Positions 11,001 to 18,167 of a DNA stretch of 32,000 nt are shown piece after piece. Position 1 is the stretch's first letter. Every line of letters begins with the position of its first letter. The DNA comes from Candidatus Saccharimonadota bacterium. GTDB taxonomy: Bacteria; Patescibacteriota; Saccharimonadia; Saccharimonadales; UBA4665. Location: the NCBI GenBank assembly GCA_963716945.1, contig OY970322.1:270001-302000 (forward strand), read 5' to 3'. The position numbers were made by a program, and so were the translations under genes. The notes below the pieces were generated by a model, which saw only the letters and a list, made by a program, of their open reading frames with translations, searched no databases and was not told where the DNA came from.

Positions 11001-12357
11001 CGGTGACGTCGTCGACCCCACGACGCCTGCGACCTATCCGGCCCACTTCACGGTTCAGAACACACCGTTCTTCAAAGTCTATAACGGCAGCGCTTCGGCC
11101 GGCGGCGCCTTTAAGTCGGCCAGCCCGAACTGCAGCGGCGGCGGTGTCCTGGCCAGCTGGAACAACGACAGCGGCACCTACCCGTCCGGCGACTTCGGGG
11201 CCTCGGCCCAGATAGGGGCCTTGGCCCTGGGTCCGATTACCGGTTTTGCCAGCAACCAGTCGGCTTTCAGCAATAACCCTGCCGGTTTGAGTTTCGCCAA
11301 CTCCGTGCTGGCCGATAAGTCACCGCCCGACACCTACAGTCCGGCTTTGGGGGGTAACTTCAATACCGCCCCCGGCGCCGGCGATTGTTTCACCGATGTC
11401 ATACCACCGGCCGGCGTTACGCCGACCGCCGGTCCGGTAACCATTGGCGGCCGGACGGTTTCACCCGGTGCCAGCCAGAACCAGTCGGTCTTCGTCAATG
11501 GCGCCAACGGCAACGTCTATATATCGGGCAACATCTTATATAAGGGCGACAACGGTCTGACCGGTTCGGCCGCCGCCTGGAACAGCCCCAGCGACGTGCC
11601 GTCATTCGTGGTCCACGCTACTGGCAATATTTATATCGGCTCGAACGTTACCGAACTTGACGGCCTGTACGAAGCCAACGGCAAGATTTACACCTGCGCC
11701 CAAAACACCGTTCCGTACTCCGCTGTACCTTTCAACCAGATGTACACCAAGTGTAATAAGCAACTGACCGTCTACGGCAAATTCGTCGCCAACCAAATCA
11801 ACATGGCGCGCACCTTCGGGTCGCTGCGCGACGAGACGCCGATACCCGGTACGGCGCCTACGCTGGCCGCCGGCGAACAACTGAGCAAGCCTCCCCAGCG
11901 TCGCCCGACACAGTACGTCCACATTTGCAATGTCGGCTCCACCACCTACATCACCCAAGGCAGCCCCAATTGTCTGCCCGGCGGTAGCTATTCGGGTGAC
12001 TACGGACCGGGCGTTCCCGGTACCACTTATGACATCCCTTGCTATAACCTGACCGGCACCGTCATACGTCTGGTTTACATATCCGCTCCCGAAACCTGCC
12101 CGGCCGGCACCACGGCCGTCGGCGCCAGCTTGCCCGGCGGTACGCCGGCCCACGCGCCGTCGCCGGCCGAATTGGCCGCTCTGAATTCCGGCACCGGCTG
12201 CAGCAATAACGGCGGCGGCTGGCTGTCCCCGCAAACCTGCGCCGCCGAAGTCTTCTACGCCACGCCGGAGCTTTACCTATCGTCGCCGGCCCTCGGCCAA
12301 CCGAGTTACGGGGCGCCGCAATGGGATTCGATAACCAGTTTGCCGCCGCTGCTATGA
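8095..12357 (+). CDS. giant membrane-anchored surface protein: N-terminal signal-anchor, PpiD/SurA-like module, Cys-rich cluster, two CARDB-like modules, Gly/Asn/Thr-rich C-terminal region
   Basis: 1,420-aa uninterrupted ORF with its own promoter and SD. TM segment 'INISVAVGVLLLVVVAGLIILKV'. See findings for the domain reasoning. No named family recognised for the C-terminal ~570 aa. Confidence 0.85.
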   Translation: MKAETQKTRKKRFPQINISVAVGVLLLVVVAGLIILKVTHKHKGFPITIGSTRITVQDVNNYAAELKAYSKLNPNSNFGGSPTQVAVNDLVLNAAFKQEAQKLNKPLTDSDIAQANSYGGTMTTAQQQQYLAVLHSENKALQIRAQNIAYEQKFDSTFIARKNLMIAGIDFDTPYFANAPQSQVQSLYDQAKARVQNTIMPLLQQKASDTEIGNHVDLSFKNGLLTKGNDNYQQYFQKAVLDMDVKTGYTDGESLFNDIDSTGYLRGNVGKLYSTNAKIDSLKNVGDNTGVFASKAGIFMVIRLDSKTGGSYNSWSDFLAHYKQMYGLTSTSLTKQLGTKVASSINNVVESLASIGEGQADATTVPGGCGQHNVQFTARSWDTVANTPIGGTGTTFQEYRPPAGYDCPGTVSGTATATTGGPNNTIDDNCFAPAPSWAVNALASGYTPVSGGPYTPQPQPYTPGATWDNSAGGKSVAIRSGPDPTIGNGDDYNGWPIWTPGTINDTGHIYIVFLYKGNPPTCTDCTCTGTCPVGRTVTCTNVSLDGPSGSNQEYYAWVSDSSGNTELGSTVVHHGSTWNASFQPEGQQITLYAYTSTHNSDGTWTNGATHAIATSSGNCFGAVCSMYVDGNLPDGGVLAGTNYTVTVTFSNTSQPGVTLPSSVPGHGLDLTTGPGGGPGVGTSIPPGGSATFSFTQTAGGPGTGSVSGYPDYHGAFALGSSCGTSFNIETRSASCTINSIVGTLPGGYVQAGKSFTVNATVTNTGTSELASSDNGNPFSLNAGDNSGANSYWGFPDNNLGVSLFPGQSVPVSFTISDANLPSPPNPAQEAIWAHVAYSNDFNLGGQCTANVDMYVPFGLTGGSSSSPVPSTEDPTSLTYKTWVNNSAPVAVSIPAADGTSVSSVYEKPAGGGTRVIVPGYDDSGPFAAGAQTVILNGSSSILPPLQAGDAYYAEIDVPFTSAYVGANGPGDVVDPTTPATYPAHFTVQNTPFFKVYNGSASAGGAFKSASPNCSGGGVLASWNNDSGTYPSGDFGASAQIGALALGPITGFASNQSAFSNNPAGLSFANSVLADKSPPDTYSPALGGNFNTAPGAGDCFTDVIPPAGVTPTAGPVTIGGRTVSPGASQNQSVFVNGANGNVYISGNILYKGDNGLTGSAAAWNSPSDVPSFVVHATGNIYIGSNVTELDGLYEANGKIYTCAQNTVPYSAVPFNQMYTKCNKQLTVYGKFVANQINMARTFGSLRDETPIPGTAPTLAAGEQLSKPPQRRPTQYVHICNVGSTTYITQGSPNCLPGGSYSGDYGPGVPGTTYDIPCYNLTGTVIRLVYISAPETCPAGTTAVGASLPGGTPAHAPSPAELAALNSGTGCSNNGGGWLSPQTCAAEVFYATPELYLSSPALGQPSYGAPQWDSITSLPPLL

Positions 12358-12450
12358 TACAATTACTAATGAAGTTCAGAAAAAGCATAAACAGGAAATA
12401 GATATAAAATGGGTGGGCCGACAAACCAGTTTATAAGACGTTTTTCTCGA

Positions 12451-12479
12451 TTACCGGCCGATTGCGCTTATGCTATAAT
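12451..12479 (+). promoter_or_regulatory. promoter TTACCG-17-(TGc)TATAAT upstream of pilM
   Basis: Extended -10 TGCTATAAT at 12471-12479, with a 17-nt spacer to TTACCG. It predicts a leader of about 78 nt before pilM. Confidence 0.5.
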
Positions 12480-12563
12480 TCCACTGGTAAAGGATAACTA
12501 CACGCTGATAACGGGCCGGCTTCGGTTGAAGGCGGTTCGGGGCAGTATAATCGAGGCCGCATC

Positions 12564-13601
12564 ATGAGCTTGCTCGCCAGTAAATCCGAATTCTTCAGCC
12601 TGGACATAGGTACCACAGCCGTCCGCCTGGTACAACTGCACAGTGCCGGCAATCAGCTTAGCCTTGTCAAATACGCCTACGTACCACTCGACAGCAACCT
12701 TTCGCTCAGCGAAGCAAAGGGCGACCAGCAGAAACTGGCCCAGGCTATCAAGCAGCTGGTCGACCGCGCCCATGTCAGTACCCGCAACGTGGCCGTCGGC
12801 ATACCATCGAACCGCGTTTTCACGACCGTTGCCGACGTCGAGCGCCTGCCGGCCAACGAACTCGCCAAATCAATCCGCTACCAGGCCGACTCCCTGATTC
12901 CGACACCGCTGGCCGAATCCAAGATCGACTGGACGCTAATCGGCGATTCGCCGGTCGACAAGACCAAGCAGGAAATCCTGCTGACCAGCGTGCCCAACAA
13001 ATTCGTCGAGGAACGCCTGGATCTGCTAGAGTCGATCGGCCTGAACGTCATCGCTTTCGAGCCCGACAACCTCGCTATGGCGCGGGCCTTGGCCGTGCCG
13101 GAAGCCGGCGCCCAGCTCTTGCTTGACGTCGGCCGCCGCTCGACCGACCTGGTCGTCGTCCTGAGCGGCACGCCGCACCTGACCCGCAGTATCCCGACCG
13201 GTGTCGAGGCAATTGTCCGGGCGGCTACCCAGAACCTCAACATCGACGAGAAGCAAGCCGAACAGTTCGTCTTCAAGTTCGGTCTCAGCAAAGAAAAGCT
13301 CGAGGGCCAGGTCTTCCACGCCATCACCGGCACGATCGACCTGCTGAGCACCGAGATCGAGAAGTCCATCAAGTTCTTCCAGACCCGTTACGTCGGCTCC
13401 AAAATCGAAAAGATCATCGTCACCGGCGGCGCCTCGGTCATCCCCGAATTTCCCCTGTACATGGCTAACAAGTTCGGCCTGAACGTCGAAATCGGCAACG
13501 CCTGGCGCGGCGTGTCGTACAGCCGCGACCGCCAGAACGAACTGTTGGCCATATCTAACCAGTTCGGCGTCGCCGTCGGGCTGGCGGAGAGAAACGAATG
13601 A
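12564..13601 (+). CDS. pilM: type IV pilus assembly protein PilM (actin-like ATPase fold)
   Basis: 345 aa. 'FSLDIGTTAVRLVQL' is the N-terminal phosphate-1-like motif. 'KIIVTGGASVIPEFPLYMANKFGLNVEIGN' is the typical C-terminus. The stop overlaps the pilN start (ATGA). Confidence 0.9.
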   Translation: MSLLASKSEFFSLDIGTTAVRLVQLHSAGNQLSLVKYAYVPLDSNLSLSEAKGDQQKLAQAIKQLVDRAHVSTRNVAVGIPSNRVFTTVADVERLPANELAKSIRYQADSLIPTPLAESKIDWTLIGDSPVDKTKQEILLTSVPNKFVEERLDLLESIGLNVIAFEPDNLAMARALAVPEAGAQLLLDVGRRSTDLVVVLSGTPHLTRSIPTGVEAIVRAATQNLNIDEKQAEQFVFKFGLSKEKLEGQVFHAITGTIDLLSTEIEKSIKFFQTRYVGSKIEKIIVTGGASVIPEFPLYMANKFGLNVEIGNAWRGVSYSRDRQNELLAISNQFGVAVGLAERNE

Positions 13602-14311
13602 CCACCCAGCTCAACCTTCTGCCCGATGTCAAAATGGACTACATCAAAGCCCAGCGCACCCGCCGCTTGGCAATCAGCATCGCCCTGCTGGTGACCGCTG
13701 CGGCCGTCGCCTTGCTGGTCCTGTTAATCGGGGCCGAGGGCTTGCAGAAGAAGCACCTCAATGACCTCAGCCGCGATATCACCAACGACAGCGCCAAACT
13801 GCAGGCCAAGCCGCAAATCACCAAGATTTTAACCGTCCAGAACCAGCTGGAGAGCCTGACCAACCTCCACGACAGCAAACCGGCGGCATCGCGCCTGTTC
13901 GACTACCTCAACGAACTGACGCCGGCCCAGGTCGATATCACCGACCTCAAGCTCGATTTCACCCAGCAGACCGAGAGCATAACCGGCACGGCCGACTCCC
14001 TAAGTAGCGTCAACCAGTATGTCGACACCCTGAAGTTTACGACTTACAGCGTTAAGGGCACCCCGGGCAGCCAGCCGGCTTTCAGCAACGTCGTCTTGAG
14101 CAGCTTCAGCCTAAGCAAGCAGGCCGATAACAACAACCACCCGGCCGACTACACGATTACGCTGTCCTATGACAAGACCATCTTCGACATCACCCAGAAT
14201 GTCAGCTTATCCGTGCCTAGCCTGACGACGACCCGTCTCGGTGTCGCCCAGCCGCTCGATTTGTTCCAGGCCGCGCCGACGACGCCCGATACCAGCAAGG
14301 GAGGACAGTGA
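13598..14311 (+). CDS. pilN: PilN-like pilus assembly protein (bitopic)
   Basis: N-terminal 'LNLLPD' PilM-binding-type motif, a single TM, a coiled coil, then a periplasmic-type domain. Its position after pilM supports the call. Confidence 0.8.
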   Translation: MTTQLNLLPDVKMDYIKAQRTRRLAISIALLVTAAAVALLVLLIGAEGLQKKHLNDLSRDITNDSAKLQAKPQITKILTVQNQLESLTNLHDSKPAASRLFDYLNELTPAQVDITDLKLDFTQQTESITGTADSLSSVNQYVDTLKFTTYSVKGTPGSQPAFSNVVLSSFSLSKQADNNNHPADYTITLSYDKTIFDITQNVSLSVPSLTTTRLGVAQPLDLFQAAPTTPDTSKGGQ

Positions 14312-14312
14312 T

Positions 14313-14990
14313 ATGGCCAAACAACAGATCATCACTAAACGGCTGGCCATCAGCAAAGCCAATACCCAAATGGTAATCATAGTGGCGGCGGCGTCCTTCG
14401 TGGCGGTTTTCTGCCTGGTCGCATCCCGGGCCGTCTGGAGCCAGTACCGATACCAGGCCCGCGTCACCTCCGTCAAACAGAAGGCCCTGACGCAGCTGCA
14501 AAAAAACGCCATCGCCTTCAACAGCCTGTCCAGCTCGTACAACAACTTCGACAGCCAGCAGGCTAACATCATCGGCGGCAGCAAGACCGGTACCGGCAAC
14601 AACGACGGCAGCAACTCGCAAATCATCCTTGACGCCTTGCCGCCGACCTACGACTTTCCGGCCCTGACCTCCAGCCTCGAAAAAATCCTGACCAACGGCA
14701 GCTTCACCATCAGCAGCATCACCGGTACCGACGACCAGCTCAACCAGCAATCCAACGTTTCCAGCAACACCCCGCAGCCGGTGCCGATACCGTTTGCCTT
14801 TACCGTTACCAACGCCAACTACACCTCGGTCCAGAACCTGATGAACACGCTCCAGCAATCCGTCCGGCCAATCCCGGTCGATACGCTTGAACTATCGGGC
14901 GGCGTTAATAACATGACGCTGGCCGTAACTGCCCACACCTATTACCAGCCGGCCACCAGCCTGACCATAACCAAGAAGGTAGTGAAATGA
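14313..14990 (+). CDS. pilO: PilO-like pilus assembly protein (bitopic)
   Basis: The track ORF starts at 14241 inside pilN. The in-frame ATG at 14313 follows GGGAGG. It has a TM, a coiled coil, and 'ILDALPPTYDFPALTSSLEKIL', typical of PilO. Confidence 0.7.
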   Translation: MAKQQIITKRLAISKANTQMVIIVAAASFVAVFCLVASRAVWSQYRYQARVTSVKQKALTQLQKNAIAFNSLSSSYNNFDSQQANIIGGSKTGTGNNDGSNSQIILDALPPTYDFPALTSSLEKILTNGSFTISSITGTDDQLNQQSNVSSNTPQPVPIPFAFTVTNANYTSVQNLMNTLQQSVRPIPVDTLELSGGVNNMTLAVTAHTYYQPATSLTITKKVVK

Positions 14991-15244
14991 AGCAAAAAGA
15001 CGTAGTCCTCATCATAGTCATAGTTTTCATCAGTGCCGTCGTGTCGCTAATCGTGTCGAAGTCCGTCTTCGTGCCGCCCAAGAACCGGCAGCAGGAGGTG
15101 GAAGTCGTCCAACCGATTACCGCCGACTTCCCCAAGCCGGACGGCCAATTCTTCAACAGCCAGGCTAACGACCCGACCCAACTCATAACTATAGGCCAGA
15201 ATGCCAACAACGACCCCTTTAGCTCCACCACCACTACGCAGTAG
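14987..15244 (+). CDS. small bitopic membrane protein in the PilP position
   Basis: 85 aa. ATGA overlap with the pilO stop. One TM ('VVLIIVIVFISAVVSLIV'). No lipobox. Confidence 0.5.
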   Translation: MKQKDVVLIIVIVFISAVVSLIVSKSVFVPPKNRQQEVEVVQPITADFPKPDGQFFNSQANDPTQLITIGQNANNDPFSSTTTTQ

Positions 15245-15256
15245 AAGGAGCCGTTG

Positions 15257-17062
15257 ATGAGCGTATTATCGGCCACCAGTCAGCAGCAACTGGAAGACAC
15301 CCTGGTCAAAAGCGGCATGCTGGGCATGGACAAGCTGGCCGAAGCCCGGGCCGCGGCCACCAAGGCCTCGCAGCCGCTGTTCAGCTACCTGGTCAAGAAC
15401 AACTACATTACCGACGAACAGCTGACCAAGGCCAACGCTACGATTACCAAAGTGCCTTACGTCAACCTCTCGGCCGCCAAAATCGACCCGGCCGTACTGG
15501 CCTTGCTACCCAGGGATATCGCCAGGCGTTACATGGCCGTTCCCTTGGGTGAAATGCAGCACCGCCTGGTCGTCGCCATGCTCGACGCCGACAACGTCCA
15601 GGCCGTCGACTTCCTCAGCAACCGCATCGGCCGGCCGCTGAAAGTCTACGTCGCCAGCGAAGCCGGTATCCGCCAGGTCCTCAGGCAGTACGAAAACCGG
15701 CTTGATACCCAGATGAAAGAGGCTTTCAGCGCCAAGCCCGACGGCAGCGGCGGGGAAGGCGACGGCAAAGACAAGTCCCAAGCCGCCCCCAAAGGCAAAG
15801 TCATCCAGAACCTGGTCGAAGATTCGCCGATCAGCAAAGCCCTGTCGGCCATCCTGGAATTCGCCGCCCGCAACCGCGCCAGCGACGTGCACATCGAACC
15901 GCTGGAGAACGAGGTCAAGGTCCGCTGCCGTATCGACGGCGTGTTGCGCGAGGTCATGCGTTTGCCCAAGAACACCGAGCCGGCCCTGATTTCGCGTATC
16001 AAAATCTCAGCCAACCTCAAGATAGACGAACACCGCATCCCGCAGGACGGCCAGTTCACCATCCAGGTTGACAACCACGACATCGACTTGCGTATCGCTA
16101 TCGCGCCGATTGTCTGGGGCGAGCAGATCGTTATCCGTTTGCTCGACAAGTCCGGCACGTCTTTGAACCTGGACGACATGGGCTACACCGGCCGGGCCTT
16201 GCGGCTGATCCGCCACGGCCTGCAGCAGCCTAACGGCATGATTCTGACCAGCGGCCCGACCGGCTCCGGCAAATCGACGTCGCTCTACGCCTTGATCCAG
16301 GAAATCAAGAAGGACGCCATCAACATCGTCACCCTCGAAGACCCCGTCGAATACAAGATGGAGGGGATCAACCAGATACAGGTCAATCCCGAAGTGGGCC
16401 TGACTTTTGCCTCGGGTTTGCGCAGTATCCTGCGCCAGGACCCCGACGTCGTCATGGTCGGCGAGATCCGCGACAAGGAAACGGCCGCCCTGGCCGTCCA
16501 GGCCGCCCTGACCGGCCACCTGGTTTTCAGCACGCTGCACACCAACAGCGCCGCCGGTATCCTGCCGCGGCTGCTGGAAATGGGTATCGAACCGTTCCTG
16601 ATCGCCAGTACGGTGCACACCGTCATCGGCCAGCGGCTGGTCCGCCGGATCGGCGAAACGGGCCGGCAAACTTATCAATCCACCCCTGTTGAAACCGAGG
16701 CTGTCAAGCAGTCGCTGGGAGCCCTTTTGCCTCAAACGGCGGAACAGGTCGCCGCCGCCGCCGAAGATCTGGGCTACAAAAGCTTGCCCTTGGCCAACCA
16801 AACCGCTTATACTTTATATAAGGGTACAGACACCCCCGACACACCAGGCGGTTATAGGGGCCGTATGGGTCTATACGAGGTGTTTGAAGTATCGGAAAAC
16901 ATCCAGGAACTAATAATGAAACGAGCCACCAGCACGCAAATCGCTAACGCCGCCCAGGCCGAGGGTATGATTACCATGCGCCAGGACGGATATTTGAAAG
17001 CTCTGGACGGCCGGACGACGCTGGATGAGATCAATCGCGTGGCAGCCGAGGGCAACGCTTAA
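15257..17062 (+). CDS. pilB: type IV pilus extension ATPase PilB (GspE family)
   Basis: AAGGAG lies 6 nt upstream of the ATG at 15257 (the track uses TTG at 15254). It has a T2SSE_N-like N-domain, Walker A 'GPTGSGKST', 'EDPVE', Walker B 'DPDVVMVGEIRD' and His box 'GHLVFSTLHTN'. Confidence 0.95.
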   Translation: MSVLSATSQQQLEDTLVKSGMLGMDKLAEARAAATKASQPLFSYLVKNNYITDEQLTKANATITKVPYVNLSAAKIDPAVLALLPRDIARRYMAVPLGEMQHRLVVAMLDADNVQAVDFLSNRIGRPLKVYVASEAGIRQVLRQYENRLDTQMKEAFSAKPDGSGGEGDGKDKSQAAPKGKVIQNLVEDSPISKALSAILEFAARNRASDVHIEPLENEVKVRCRIDGVLREVMRLPKNTEPALISRIKISANLKIDEHRIPQDGQFTIQVDNHDIDLRIAIAPIVWGEQIVIRLLDKSGTSLNLDDMGYTGRALRLIRHGLQQPNGMILTSGPTGSGKSTSLYALIQEIKKDAINIVTLEDPVEYKMEGINQIQVNPEVGLTFASGLRSILRQDPDVVMVGEIRDKETAALAVQAALTGHLVFSTLHTNSAAGILPRLLEMGIEPFLIASTVHTVIGQRLVRRIGETGRQTYQSTPVETEAVKQSLGALLPQTAEQVAAAAEDLGYKSLPLANQTAYTLYKGTDTPDTPGGYRGRMGLYEVFEVSENIQELIMKRATSTQIANAAQAEGMITMRQDGYLKALDGRTTLDEINRVAAEGNA

Positions 17063-17080
17063 GCAGGGGAAGGGTGGAAT

Positions 17081-18148
17081 ATGCAGGCACAACCAAGGAT
17101 TGAGGTTTTACTCGACGAAGTAGTTAAGAAGAAGGCGTCCGACCTGCACTTGCAAGTCGGCCTGCCGCCGATGCTGCGTATCGACGGCGCGCTGGTGGCG
17201 GTTAACGGTTCCGACATACTTGACGAAGAGGCCGTCGAAGCCCTGGTATTCGCTATCCTCGACGAGGACCAGAAGCAAATCCTGCTCAAAGACAAAGAGT
17301 TCGACTTCAGCTTCGCCTACGGCGACCTCGGCCGCTTCCGGGTTAACGCTTTCCACGAGCGGGGCAACATCGCTGCCGCCCTGCGCCTTATCCCGAATGA
17401 GATCCTGAGCATTGAACAGCTCGGCCTGCCGCCGGTCGTCAATAAGTTCGCCGACTACCCGCGCGGCCTGGTGCTGGTCACCGGCCCGACCGGTTCCGGC
17501 AAATCAACCTCGCTGGCCGCCCTAGTCCACAAGATTAACCTCGAGAAATCAGCCCACATCATCACTATCGAGGACCCGATCGAGTTCACCCACAAATCGC
17601 AAAAGTCGGTCATCGTCCAGCGCGAAGTCCACTACGACACCTACTCCTTCAGCGCCGCCCTGCGCAGCGCCCTGCGCGAGGATCCCGACGTCGTGCTGAT
17701 CGGCGAGATGCGCGACCTGGAAACCATCGCCAGCGCCATCACCATCGCCGAAACCGGCCACCTGGTCTTCGCCACGCTGCACACCAACAGCGCCGCCCAG
17801 AGTATCGACCGTATGATTGACGTTTTCCCGCCGCACCAGCAGCCGCAAATCCGCGCCCAGCTGTCCAACATCCTGATGGCGATCGTTTCCCAGCGCCTGA
17901 TCCCGTCTATCGGCGGCGGCCGTATCGCCGCGGCTGAAATCCTGGTTGCCACGCCGGCCGTCCGCAACATTATCCGGGAAGGCAAGAGCCACCAGCTGGA
18001 AGCCGTCATCCAAACCGGTGCCGAGTTCGGCATGCAATCGATGGACAAACAGCTGGTCAACCTGGTCCACGAAGGCACGATTACCTTCGACGAGGCCCGC
18101 AACTTCGCCGTCGACCTGGACGAACTTGACCGATTGATGAGAAGCTAA
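17081..18148 (+). CDS. pilT: twitching-motility retraction ATPase PilT
   Basis: 355 aa. 'ASDLHLQVGLPPMLRIDG', Walker A 'GPTGSGKST', 'DPDVVLIGEMRD', 'GHLVFATLHTNSAAQSIDRMIDVFP', and the 'AIRNIIREGK'-type motif ('AVRNIIREGKSHQ'). Confidence 0.95.
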   Translation: MQAQPRIEVLLDEVVKKKASDLHLQVGLPPMLRIDGALVAVNGSDILDEEAVEALVFAILDEDQKQILLKDKEFDFSFAYGDLGRFRVNAFHERGNIAAALRLIPNEILSIEQLGLPPVVNKFADYPRGLVLVTGPTGSGKSTSLAALVHKINLEKSAHIITIEDPIEFTHKSQKSVIVQREVHYDTYSFSAALRSALREDPDVVLIGEMRDLETIASAITIAETGHLVFATLHTNSAAQSIDRMIDVFPPHQQPQIRAQLSNILMAIVSQRLIPSIGGGRIAAAEILVATPAVRNIIREGKSHQLEAVIQTGAEFGMQSMDKQLVNLVHEGTITFDEARNFAVDLDELDRLMRS

Positions 18149-18167
18149 CCGGAGAATGGAATAATCC

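Noticed and set aside
12546-12551. Perfect TATAAT 12 nt upstream of the pilM ATG, as a possible pilM promoter.
   Set aside because: A start site about 7 nt downstream would remove the GAGG Shine-Dalgarno sequence and still leave a 5-6 nt leader. The upstream TTACCG-17-TGcTATAAT element is a better promoter.
12409-12567. 52-codon ORF (MGGPTNQFIRRFSRLPADCAYAIIPLVKDNYTL...) in the giant-gene/pilM intergenic region, ending in an ATGA overlap with the pilM start.
   Set aside because: It spans the predicted pilM promoter. It has no SD, no TM and no motif, and its composition looks non-coding. The ATGA overlap is probably coincidental. Only conservation or ribosome profiling could revive it.
15257-15600. 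An MshEN-type c-di-GMP binding motif in the PilB N-terminal domain.
   Set aside because: 'LEDTLVKSGMLGMDKLAEARAAATK' only loosely resembles the RLGxx(L/V/I)(L/V/I)xxG(L/V/I)(L/V/I)xxxxLxxxLxxQ motif, and the key Arg and Gln are missing.
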